The notes below the pieces were generated by a model, which was given only the letters and a program-made list of their open reading frames with translations, did not search any database and was not told the DNA's origin. A stretch of 64,000 nucleotides of DNA from Tubulanus polymorphus (lineage: Eukaryota > Animalia > Nemertea). Position numbers and translations under genes: made by a program. The DNA lies in contig NC_134032.1 in assembly GCF_964204645.1 (NCBI RefSeq), positions 9,288,275 to 9,352,274 of the forward strand, given 5' to 3'. Below, one piece after another: positions 1 through 13,700 of the stretch (within the stretch, counting starts at the first letter, position 1; every line of letters starts with the position of its first letter).

Positions 1-3000
1 CCTCGTGGATTATTCAGTATCATCACTGTACACGGCACATTAACGTCGTTTATCGGTTGTTTTCGTAAAGGAGATATCAATCCTTGAATAACTTCTGGTA
101 TCGTTTCGTTCACTTTAGCAGGTTTATACCACTCTGTGTAACTCAACGGTTTCCCATCAGTCCATGTATAATAACCAGTATTCTGCTAGATAAAGAAATA
201 GTGAATTTGAATTAGTTTTGTAAATTGATTCGTATGTTCTTTTCCTTTCATATCTTTTATAAGAACATTTGTATTACCTGCCATCTCAATCCAATCATGA
301 TTATGAGAGCTTTTAGTGAGTACGCTTTTGGAAGAAGATCTGTTGCGAATAATGTTTTGATAGCGATCATTTCCTGTTCTGAGTTGATGCTGAGTAGATG
401 TCCAGCGTATTTCTGTCTACAGAATAATTCAGCATTCTCCCAATTCAGACGTTTGTCTCTGATGTATTTGATGCAGGAAATTCCGGAATACAGAAATCCT
501 CGTTTACAGTAAAATACATCTGAATCCTTTGTCGATAATGACTGGTGTAATGTGTATTGTATTTGAAATGTGGGTATATGATTTTTTACTTCGAAAAGCA
601 AATTGTTATCTATTAAACTGTGAAATATCAGTCCATGTACAGCATTATCTTCACATATCATAGTTTCATGTAGGAATCGAATGGTTTTTAAATGTTTTCC
701 ATTATGAAAGTGGTTGTAATTGATATCTTGTAAAAAGGCAATTGGATGCAAATTTCTGGAATAGTGACCTAAGTCACTTGTTTCACATGAAACTGGTCCA
801 ATGAATTTGATGATAAATCTGTAATATCGAAATATGTTTTGCTGTATTGGGTTTTCAAATTTATAGTACCATGATTCAGATGAATATTCTGCTAATCCCG
901 GGTATTTCGGTGACTGTACAAGTCCACATTTATCACTAGTTGTAATTGGAATAAAGGAACCATCAAATCCGAAACTATTGGCTTTTTTCAATCCTAGACA
1001 TTTACGACGTAGCTTAACTATTAGGGGTTTCTGCCAGAACCAATACTCACTATCTATGACACTAACAGTGTTTAATATGAGACTGTTATTGAGAAACTGA
1101 CTACTTAAACTCAGGAACTGATTACATGATCGTAATATTTTATGAAAGCATTGGTCTATTTGATATTCATGTTTTGACAGTATGTGAATGTTCTTTAAGG
1201 GCAGGCGTCGGTTTTCAGGTGTAATTACAAGACAGTGTGATGTTGTATTGATCTGAAGTTCTCCTTCGTGTAGAACAAAACCATCACAATCAGTAGGAAC
1301 AAATCTAAGAAATGATTCTTGAAGACTATTAACTGTTAACTGATTGTTAGAGTAGTAAGCGTATACTACTACAGTAACTGGTCCACCTGATGTAATCAGA
1401 CTGACGACAGATCGAACGTTATAGTATGAATCAGGACAATACGGACCGTAGCGTCTAGCTGTGAAATTACTACCATCAAATATATAAAAACCGGCTCGAA
1501 CACAGTTTTCTGATCGCACTGTTATATCGAACTGTTCTTCATAAATGGTTACTTTCCAGTTGAGTTGTAATGTAGTTACACGATACAATATATTCTTTGA
1601 TTTCGGGAACAGTTTGTAGCCTGATAATGATTTCACACTCTTTGAACGCTGAAATAGATTAAAGAAAGATTAAAGGTTAGAAAATTGATTAGATTTTAAG
1701 GGTAATTAATTGAAAGCAGGGAGATGGCAATACATTTAACAGGAACTTGAGCAGGCAGTAGTCCTCCGCACAAAAATGAATTTTTTAATGTTTGTATTGG
1801 TATATATTTATTTATATTGGTACCTTAGTATGGTACCTCTTTGTATCAAATGACTTAGTATTTTCATATTTTATTGGTACCTAGGCATATTTTGTTACCA
1901 CAATCAATTGCAAAATTATAGGTCTCGACATGTATGATCATTATGGTGAATTTCTAGGTCATTGGTTGTTGTATGTGGCCAGGGTGTTGAATAGCCAAAT
2001 ATCTTGGAATTTTCATATCATATTGTCCCTAGTCCCTAGATATATTTTGTGACCACAATCAATTGCAAAAATGTTGCTAGTGACATGTTCCATGATTGCC
2101 ATGAGTCTCATCTAAATATGTTCACCAGGGGCATCGAATACTGAAATTTTCTCATTGTTGATCATTTGAAACCACTTCCCAAGCGTGCGTGGTGTCCCTG
2201 TACCCCTAGTTTAAAATTTCAATGAAGGTCATAAAAGAGAACACTTCAATCTTTTGCCGGAATACGAAATGCATCATTTAAAAGTAATTGTAATCAACTT
2301 ACCGATAACCATGGCTTGTTTACATAGACGTCTGATATTGTCATAGATTCTACTTTAAATTGAATTTTTGAATTTGATCTAAAAACATCGGTTCTTATTA
2401 AAACGCACAGAATGACGAGAAATCCTTTTGATTTTACACTCATTGATTGGAGGTAGTTGTGACTGAGTAAAATATCAGTTTCTACAACGTGTAGCCCTTC
2501 TAGTTTATATACACCGACGACACCTGGTGATGAGATGAGATCGCGTGTCCAGTTGAAAACGACGTACTGCAGAACATCGACTGTGATAGACCAGCAGTGT
2601 AAGTGTTTAGACTGAGTTACTATGTGTGGCATTCCATCAGTTGGAACGAGAATTCCTGATCTATTGTAAACTTGAATTAGCGCATTAGAAATATTCCAAT
2701 CTGATATTTGGTAAACTTGCACGAGTAACTGTGACCTAAACCGGGATCCACTAAAAATCAATTCAATACGCGCTTTGTTAGTTTTGGTATAAAACGATGA
2801 AGGTGGATGTCCGGTTTGTTCTCGTATACGAGCTATAGGTTCACTGGTGCTGTTCCATCCGTCGTAAACTTGAGGACGAGTTTTCACTGGATCCTCACCG
2901 GGATATAATCTGAAATCTACCTGTATGAACGTTAGATTCATAGCGAAACCGTTCGGCATCCCGATCCATTCTAACAATAATTTACATCGCCGAGTAGAAA

Positions 3001-3562
3001 TCATAAATCTATAACCTGTTTCAGATTGTAGCTGTTTTACTGCATCTTTGTGACATTTACCGGTGTGTGCAATTTTCAAGCGACCCGGTTTTTCAAAACG
3101 ATATATGATATAAACCCGGCTACCTCGCGCTCCATCAACACGGCTCCTAAACAACAACGGACTCAAATCATTACTGCTGATATCCAGTTGTTTTCTTCCA
3201 TTACCGCAGAGTTTGTTATCAGACTTGCCACCGATGAGAAGATAGTTATCACTACAGAATATTGACGGCTCGATGTCGTAGTAAAGCTTGATGTTGAAAG
3301 TTCCCGGTAAAGAGCTGTTGACGAACCAACGACATTCAACACCGCGCGTTAACGAAGGGTAATTCGGTGAAACGATGTAACCAGACGTAGAATCGACGGA
3401 GTAGTGACTGTTGTTACAGGATGAACTGATCGTCACAGATGTTTCCACTTTGATAGAGTCCGCGCGGGGATCAGCCAACGTGAATATACAGTCTCTACAA
3501 GCGATCAGTAAAACTACAAACAACGCTTGCATTCGCTGCATTTTGAACAAAATTCGCAGCAT
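1..3562 (-). CDS. Secreted or membrane CUB-domain + C-type lectin protein, 5' part; exons 3562-2303, 1648-278, ~185-<1; continues beyond the left edge
   Basis: Signal-peptide-like N-terminus (MQALFVVLLIACRDCIFTLA), CUB motifs (CNNSHY..SGYIVSPNYPS..CRWFV..C.DNYL..LCG), and a CTL motif (C.KY...LNWENAELFCRQKY.GHLLSINSEQE..IGL..YTWTDGKPLSYTEW). Phase-0 GT/AG junctions join the three exons in frame. Confidence 0.8.
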
Positions 3563-4372
3563 CAGAACGAAAGCATTTCACAGGAGTTGCTTCGGAAATA
3601 ATGATCACTAAGTGAAGTAGGAAATAGGGATATGTTTTTGAATTGATATTTGAGTCGAATTATTTCGTGCAGAACTTGCCGTCAAACTGGCGCTGGTCTC
3701 GTATTTTTGATCAGCTCAGTTTCGCTGTAATTACCGCAGTTTCTGAATATTGACGGATTTTACAGTATCTCGTGTTTCAACAATTATTTTTCTAGCAATA
3801 TTCACCGACGCTCTCGAACTGTGCTCAGTATATATTAAAGTTTGACGATAATGCAGTTGGCGTAAGCACAGCCAGTGGCAACGCTTGAGTCAGAATTTCT
3901 GTATTTTCATTTACTTAAACTCTACTTTAATAGAAATATATTCATTTTCAGTTAACCCCTTACGTGCTGTAGGTAGTCAACAAAATTTTCTATTGCTTTC
4001 AAACCCTTGATTGAAAACATTGGTATGTTACCATTTCACCCCTTCCCATTTCGTTCTCCTTCCCATTTCGATCTCAATTTATTACCATTTTACCCCTTTC
4101 CATCTGACGAATTTGGAAGTGGGGAAATGGGAAAGGGGCAAAACAGGAAATGGGCAAAATGGGAAGGGTTGAAATGGTCATTTTCAACCACTTCAATTTC
4201 TTTACTGTCAATATAAATCAATTTCAATTACTTAAACTATTTGTGGGTAGAATTAGTTCACTCTAAATCATTTAGATCGAACCTCTCAAGGTCAAATCTG
4301 AATCCATGACTGTGGAACTGGGTCCTGGTTGTTGTAATAATCTTTGATGCACGTTTCCAAATTCGGTATGTG

Positions 4373-4528
<156 letters not shown>

Positions 4529-4535
4529 TTTGTAG

Positions 4536-4741
4536 AAGGTGGCGACGCAGTTGAAGTTACCGATCAGTCCAGTATCCGGCAGACTGTCTATTTACCGGTG
4601 GGCGAATCAAGCTAAAGACACCGCCGTCGACCACCCACTACTGCCTTTAATGTGGCAAAGATTCTTCGTGTTGTTCCTGGCTCGACCTCCTGTCGAACAG
4701 GGGTAAGTTTTCTGTAAATGATAATGATAATGATAATAATG

Positions 4742-4773
<32 letters not shown>

Positions 4774-7700
4774 GATAACGACAACGACTACGACTACGAC
4801 TACGACAACGACAATGACAACAATTATTTATATAGTGCAGGTATCCTAACCTGAGTGAGTTCAGATGCGCTCTAACTTGGAATTATTACCCCCAGCCTAT
4901 AACTCTATTCCATGTATCAGTCATCTCTCCCTGGGGAGAAGTAACATCCTAGCAGCTGCTAAGCGCTCAGGAGTTGTCTATCAGGCCAGGTATCCACTTA
5001 CTCCTGGGTGGAAAGAGGCAATGAGGATAAGTGACTTGCCCGAAGACACTACGGCAATGTACGGTATTCGTAACCACAACCTGGCTTCACAGAGTCGAAT
5101 GCTCAAACCACTCGTCCACACTGCTCGCCTGTTACTGGACTGACAGATATAATGCATCTTTGAAACTTATCCCTGAAATGCTTGACCGTGTGGCAGGGCA
5201 GCGGTCAGATTGATGTGAAAAATTATGAAAAATTGTGAAAGATGTATGTACGCTTGAGTTGTGAAAGAAATTCTGGAAAATTTGAAATCTATGAAAAGTC
5301 ACAAAAAATCTGTTAAAAATCATGAAAAGTTTCCGTCAAAATATTTTGATACGTTTTTCTGGCATATACTGCATTCATGTGCGAGCTGTGTTTGAGTTTG
5401 AGAAATTTGATTTTAAATGTGATGGCGTGCCTTTACATGAAAAATGTAAGAAGAATCATGGGAACTATATCCTGATATCTTGTTGTGAAAAACTGCGAAA
5501 GAAAGGCCCATTGTAAGGACGCAAAATAATGTGAAAATTCCAGAGTTCATCTATCTAACCCGTGGTAGGGGTGGGGAATATGGAGGCAGCCATCACTTTT
5601 GGATATGTCTAAGGAGACTGGGGATTAATTTGATGTGATGGGGGATATGTGAAAGTAGCTCTCTTTTCTGCTAAGATGTCATGGGTAGATATTGCCAAGG
5701 CTTTTCCTGGCATGAACTTTGATGTCATAGGTAGATCTTTGGATGAAACCTTTTTTTTCTGGAAGTTCTATAGGGGTGATTTTACATTTGATGATCCCAT
5801 AGGGGAGTTTATAAAGGCAGTTAAACTTTTTAGAAAGCTCCCTTAACATAATCCAGTATTTCATTTTTAAGCAATATACAGACTGTTTTATTCTTCTATG
5901 ATATAGAATGAAACCAAGAGGAAGTCTCGGGGAGCGGTTTTTCACGTCTCGCAGTCTGGTATCGTTTCGTAAAGCTATGAGAAATCGACTATCGGCCGCG
6001 AGTGACTACCACGATAAAACACTGGCGCTTTACACAGATGACCCCGAGCAACAACCAAAACAGAACTTTCATCTCAAATTATCCAGGTATGAATCAATAA
6101 AAGTGAATATGGCTTGTGGCAATTAAAAGAGTCCACTATAGGTGTCTTTAGTGCGGAATAGGGCTTGAAATATTATGGCAATAAAGAATTCCACATGTGA
6201 CATGTGCAAGGGCGGATCTAGGGTTTTATTTAGGAGGGGATCAGGAAAGGTTAGGGGATATCTCGGTAAATAAGGGCTCTAACCGAAGGGGGGTCTGGGT
6301 CAATTTTCTAAATTTGATGCAATTTAAGAGCTATCTGGGCTTTTCTTTGAAATTTTTTTAGAGCACCTTGAAATTTTGAGGGAGGGGCTCCCCCTGCTCC
6401 CCCTTGAATCCGCCCCTGCATGTGGGGGTTTCACCAGGTGCGCTTGTCTGCAGTAGGACATCAACTTCTGTGGCAATAGAGGATCCACCAGGTGGTGCTT
6501 AAATGTGCTGAAGTCTGTTTATGTAATTATTGGAGGCATCTTTTATGATTCAGCCACATTTCTGTTGTTGGTGTTGAAAAGTCATCACTCAGTCACAGTA
6601 TCAATGTGAATATTCTCCAGACAGTAATTTGGAGAGTTTTAAGAAGGCTAAAATCCATAGTGTTAACACAACAAAGTTGCAACATGAATCTTAGCACAAA
6701 GCCAGATTTTCGTTTTCACGTGCAATCTATCCAGAATTGAGAATATCCAAATTATGCAGACATGGCGGGCTGAACTAGTAAGATACGGCAGCTAGTAAGA
6801 ATGTCCATCATGGAAACTTCGTTGTCCTGTTTTCAGGTTGTATCAGACTATGATGTTGTGGTGCGATGAAAGTCGTCTGCACGATGCTAGCCTATATCTG
6901 CCGGCTCTACCGGCTCAATACAAGGCCGACATGTTGACGCCTTTATTTCAAAACCAAACTGTAAGTGTTGAATAAATACGAATAATCATATGTTAAAAGC
7001 TGGTCGTCTCCGTAAATCCCCTTTTGACATCTTAGATTACTGCCATAGACAGTTACGGAATAGATGTCATCCCTATTATGACCTATCTCTCCTCGACAGG
7101 CATTTCAACCTGATGGCATCCCAACTACCATGGCACATAACTCTGCCTGTGCATTTTTGTGTACTGAGCATTCTCGGACAAGATTTCGTAACATGGTAGA
7201 GTCTTGTCATGGGATCAGGTTCAATGCTTGTTATGGGTAGATGCATATTACTTTAAAATTAATTTTTGTGATATGACTTTAGAATGAATCTTAGAATGAC
7301 ATCTTTCTATTCAGACTCCATGGATGGAATATTTCGATGGCCAAAAGGTGGAGCTGTGGTTGAATGATCTAGTCAGTGAATGGGTGGAATTACGTAAAGA
7401 ACCGGCCAGTTTACAATCACCGTATTCATCAGTGCAGGACACGCTGTGCCCGGAAAAAGGTACGCTGTACATTTAAATCCGGACCCTGTGTTGAATGCCT
7501 CTAGTAACAATCAAAATCGTATTGGTTCCTGAGTACTTGTAACTTGGGACCAAGTTAGATTGGTTTCTAGATTCGAGATTAAGTCATTTTCCAACTGGAC
7601 TCAATGCTGAGGTATTTTTCTAAATGTATCTGCAGCGACTGAACGGATATTCGCTCGTTTGAAGAAGCACGCTAAACCGGTAGCGGCGCCGGAGTTAATC

Positions 7701-10700
7701 GAGTCGTCATCTCCGGTAACAGATGTAGATACGTCTGCTCTGAAAGACGAACGAGGAATCATTTACACGGTGAACACTGATCTCACCAGCCTGCTTCAAT
7801 GTGCCAAGTATGTTGCTATTTGTTATATTGTTATGTTTCGACTGATATAATCTCATATACGTCTTGCGTGTGCATATGTGTGTAATGTGCAAGTACATAT
7901 AACATTTAATGTTCATGGAGCAAGTATTACATGTTCACGAGAGTGCTATTAATATGTTCATGGGAACACACGTATGATGTTCACAGAAGAACATGTAACA
8001 TGTTCATGAAAGCACGTGTAAGATGCTCATGAGAGCACATGTTCATGAAAGCACTTATTTGAACATGTTGCACATCCGTCAATGAAGACATCTTGAAATC
8101 TGAATTTCAATCCAGTTTGTTGCGATTTCAGGGAACGATTTGAACAAGTTTCTCGTTTCGCTGTCGTCAACTGCGACTTTCAGGAAATGCTAACGATCCT
8201 GAACACGAACGAACATCGCGAAGCGACGTTATTCCTGCCGTGTACGAGTCGTCTGAACCCGACCCATCGATGCTCGGGACCAGCCGAGGTCAATATAGAA
8301 TATGACGAGAAGAAACGTAACGAACGCGTCGCGACTAAAATGGCCGAAAATCGGTCGGAATATAAACAGTTATTGTTGGAGTTGTTGTTGCCGCCGTCGC
8401 AGAATATCTGTTCAGCAGCTGTCCACGTCGATAACACTATCAGGTGAGTAACGCCTTTAAAATCCCCCTATGACATCAAGCTTCAAGGCTGCCTAAATAA
8501 ATCCCTTAATGAACATGTCGTGCCTAATACAATCCATTACAGTGGTGGAATAGGGACAAAATTTTTCCTGCGGATGATGATTCCAAAAATGTGGCTGTCC
8601 TTATAATTCCCCCTATGGCATCATCAAATTGTACTCGTGCATACAATCGGAAAATATTCCCACATTCATAAATCCACCTATGACATCGGCAAATTTCCCG
8701 TTGACACTTCCAAAATAGATGACTGCTTCCAGGGATTGCCCAAAGACTCCCCATCAATTCAGCGTTAATGGAGACCGTTCTTAAGGAGATGACTAGGAAT
8801 TCTAGCTAAGTTGTTCATTTATTTATTCAAGGTCATTGCTTTTGTTACACCAGACGGACACTGACATCAGAATTGAGAAATCGGGAATCGCTCTATTCTA
8901 TCATATGGTTACGCTGGTCAACAATGACTCGACCACTTACCCTCCCACCAGACAGTTCTTCTCTAGCTGCATCGAAATTCTAGGCCAGGTAGGTTTTATT
9001 GACTGGAAAATTGCTCAACAAAAATTACCACTTTGTGGTACCTTTACGCAAATCATGGCATTCTTAGATATGGAGTGGCTGTAGCTGAACTTTTTGGTGT
9101 CAGATTAGAATATCCATCATAGAAGCTTTGTAATCGTACCTTGGAGCTATTCTCTTCTCTAGTGGCTCATTCCAAAAATATCCGAATCACATATCTCTTT
9201 CTGTAGTGGGCGGCTCCAGAACATCCATCACGTCATCGCCTTTCTTTTGTGATGAACTTGGTTTCGGCTTTCAAATTGTGGAAATGTTGCGTATTTCAGG
9301 AATTTGTCAGCGGTAATCGTAGTCAATGTCAGACGCTGTTGGAATGTACGCTCGCTCACCCGAACCTCGCCGGATTGTTGGCACCGCATTTCAAACCGTC
9401 CGTTTCCCCGACGACGTTCGTGTCGATGTATAATCATTTGAAACGACAACTGAATAAAATCAGCAGCGACCTCGGATTCGTTTTATTCTCGAAGGTACGT
9501 CTCTGGTAAAAAAAACTTCTGTTCGAAATCATCGAAAAGGATGAAGAAATGAGAAAATTTGAATTCCAAAAAATATTTACTTACATTAAAGGCCCTTTAT
9601 AACGTCACTATTGAGACCATTGAAAAATCTGGTGTTATTATGGATTTGGGGTTATGAAGAATGGTATTTCCATTGAATTTGAAGTTAGATTGAGCAAATT
9701 TGTTTTCTGAAAAATGTTGGTCTTAAATAAGCATTTCTTGCATACTAAAGGATGGCATTATAATGGACTTTGATTGTATATGATTTGATGATACATTGAT
9801 ATGATGATATTTTCTAATAGACCATTTATTCAAAGATGTTTTCTAGTTAAAATGATAGATTGGTGTAATGATGTTATTAGTTTGGCGATTGATCGATGGA
9901 ATGATATTTTCTAGTTCGATGTACCGGTCTGGTTACACTGGAACAACCCTTCAATGTCCGATAGAACGAAACTCATAACTTACATCGGCGAAGCTTTGAC
10001 GTTCTGTGGGAGTGAACCCGAGGGCAAACAAGCTTTACTCTACGCAGTTAGTATTCAGCGCGTGTAACATGTAGAAACAGTAAAACATTTTTACGTACAT
10101 GTACATGTTCTCACATGCAGTGCTTCATCTAGCCAAAAATAGAAGGGCGGTCCGCCCCGCCCCCGAAAATAGCCGCCCTTGTGCCCTTCAGATGTGTCCC
10201 ATGCTCGCCCTTGTGCCCTCATCACTTGATATTTGATATTGATGAGTTAAACATAGTTTCTAGTCCTCAATCATAGTAGGGGGTACCTCGATTCTATGCA
10301 ATAGGGAACATTGCAGGTTGCCCCTAAAACAGACGTGAGTGCGTTATTATGTGCCCTTGCTCCGATGGAATCACGCACAAAAATGCCCTAATTTGAAATC
10401 AGCACCCTGCCCTTTTTTAATGCTAGATGAAGCACTGCACATGCATGTTAAATCTTCTTACTCTGACGTGTTTCGTGTGACAACAAGTTTTCATATGTAA
10501 GACATTACATACGAACTCTACTTCGGACACCATGTAACATGCATCATGCAGACCTGTAGCATAAGGAATGGTGGGTTCGTTTTAGATTTTGTTGAAACTA
10601 CAGGACTGACTCGGTTAGCCTACACCATGTTATCACATATGACATGTTGTATGTGGTTTCATGGTGATATGCAAAAATGCGCCAAAATTTGATAAGAATG

Positions 10701-13700
10701 CGATTAGTTCATTTTGACATGTGATAACATGTTTTCTTATACTTAGTAACATCCATATATATTTTCAAATTACTGTATATCATATTTATTTTATTTTGGA
10801 TGATGAAGCTTAGTCAAAACTCCAAAGCTGTCAGAAAATGAATAGTTTAATCCTATTAAGTCTGAATGCTGAGATTAATATCAGTCTACCAGTCATATCA
10901 TCACATGTAGCGTCTGCAAGTGATGATATTTTATCAATTGTGCATATATATATATATATATATATCTATCTTGTATTGTAGATATTCCACGGACATCTAA
11001 CAGTGATGGCTTCGCATGAATTCCCGGCTCATTTTAACCATGTTCTGAATTTTCTCCTAAAAGGTCAGTATATCAATAGTGAACTTCGGTTATCGGATTA
11101 GTCAACTGAAACGAAACCGAAAGTCAGTCAGTCAAAAAATACTGAATCAGGCAACTGAGCACGGTCACCGTAGTTCTAACCGATCTTTATGATACCTCCT
11201 GACGACACCCTCGTATAGCCTTCTGCCTGGTAACCCACGATGATGATATTTCGTTCTAGGTTCAGAGAATCAGGGCATACACGCGGAATGCTGGCAGACA
11301 TTAACGAAAGCGTTCGGCAATTTGAGCCTCACAGAGGCGCCGCACAGCAACTTCAATATTCCACAGGTTAGCTGTACCTTAAAAACAATTACCCCATAGT
11401 CAAATCCACAACCTGGTTCCACAGTTTTACAGTTGAATGATGATTGAAAATGACTGACTGACGTTAAACCATCAGGACTTGGTTCATTTCCAATTAATTG
11501 AATGTAGGGTCTAATTTCAACTCTGAACTATGTTCAAACCTCTCTCAAACCTAGAGGAATCCACAACTAGATATTAAGCCAAAGGGCAAATAGCATTTAT
11601 TAAGGGGGTGTTCACTATAAATGTGTTCAGTAAGGGAGGTTTTACTGTACTGTGAAACTGGGGCTGGCAGAATTTAGGTTTGCGACCAAAAATTGAATTG
11701 ACTGCAAGACTCATTTCTATGGTTTTGACTATGGTTAAGAATCGAATCTAACTTGTACCTCACTACAGGAGTCGAATGCAGAAGTCAAAAGCTCTTGTTT
11801 CAGTTATTTGACTGGGGCAACTAGGCCTGTTTCAAATATTGCCAGAGAACGATGATATCAATTTCAAAGATTTTTGAATTATGATTTACAGTTGACTGAG
11901 GCATTGTCGTATCTGGGTTCGTATTTCCTCCAGAAGAGGACGCTAGTCACCGATTCGGCGTGTTTCGGGTTGTATCCAGATTGGAAACGGTATGTTCCCT
12001 TTATCGGAACGCTACTTGAATATTTGTGTAAAACACTGACAACGAAGATACACCTAGCGGTGACATCTGGTGTCACAGACGCAGACCAGGGTAAGACCGA
12101 AAAAGAAAAGTTTTAATTTGTAGGTAAACTGAATCCGTTAAAGCAGTTATATAAAAGTAACAAAATTCGTCCGTCTTCCAAAAATAACATTGTCTCCATG
12201 AATTCCCTATGACTTCATCAGATGGCTCATATGCACTATTCTCGATATGTTTGGCTGAATCTATTTAGTTCCATATGATATAAAAAAAATCCTATAGATG
12301 CTTCCAGAAAAAGAGGCTGTCTCCATAAAAAACATAATTATGTCAATAAGTTGCATCCTAAAAATCAGATACAGATATTCTGCCCCCATAAATCTCGTAG
12401 ATCTGCATTGTGTTGTTGGTTTCGATTTTCAGGTTTGGACGTGTTGATGGTTCAGATTTGGGAAGGTTTCGCCCCGTGGATCCAGCCGTTAGAGAACGGA
12501 CCTCACTTACTGTCTCCGTGGTTGGATAAAGATTGCGACTCTGCCGTCAATATGGTTTCACTGTTTACTGAATGCGTGAAAACAGCCACCACGCTGTTCA
12601 GCGGTAAGCAGACACAAAATTAATGATTTCAGATTGCGTATTTTTTCAATCTGCGGCCCTGAACCAACTTTTGAGACATCAACCATTGGAGTGTGAAGTG
12701 TGGACGATCGGTATTTGAAAGTGTGATGATAAACGTCTAATGTTTGGTGTTAGTAGTTCAATTTCAATTAGAAATGTCTCGGGCGAATTCCTTAACACAT
12801 ATGAAGTGAAGGCTGAATGATCCATTTCAGAAAGTGTTGATCCATTTCAGAAAGTGTTCTGATAAAATGTCTAATGTCTGGGGATCGTAGTTCATTTTCT
12901 CTAAAAAAAGGTGAAGACCTGACCACAAATGTGAAGAGATTATGTGATCAGTAAAATATATCTCATTTCTGTGGTGTATAGTTTATTTTGAATTGAAAAT
13001 TTCTCAGCGTAAATCTTAACACATAGATGTGGATGATCAAAAATAGGAAGTAACAATTGTCTGAGAAGTGCAGGCTCCAGGCTGCAGAATGATGAGTCGA
13101 TTAAACTGGCAAAAAAAATTTGTTTTTAATGTATTTCCAAAGTTTTGAATTTGAAATTCAGAACTCTGACTACTGAAAACAGAAATGATTTCATCAACAT
13201 TTTTCATCGATGTTTATTTTCTCTCTTCACAGATGTTCCTCACATTCCGTTGAAAGATCCGTTGAATTTCCTATGGCACAACTATTGCCGCCTATTGACA
13301 GTCGAGCAAACTCCTGCGTACGTGCTGCAGACGTATCATTCCAGTATGCTCGAGTTACCCTGGCAACAATTTTTCCCCAGTCAACAATGCTTACAGTACA
13401 TGGTGAAAGTAAGTAGACGCTTTTTCTACAAATCCTATCTCAGCCTGGAATTGAACCTGATGGCATCGCTGGCCTCAGCCATGGCACGAAACCCTGCCAC
13501 ACTAGACCGGGTGCGCAAGATTGCTGCACGAAAACTTGCGGCACCAATCGGATTGCGCGATGTTTAATCTGTGAATCATATTTCACAGATTAACTATAAA
13601 TCGGCTAAAATAAAATGTGATTTCTGATTGGCTAATAATGACATCATCTGAACTGTGCATGTAGCAGGGCACTAGGGCTAATCATGGACAGATTTAGGGC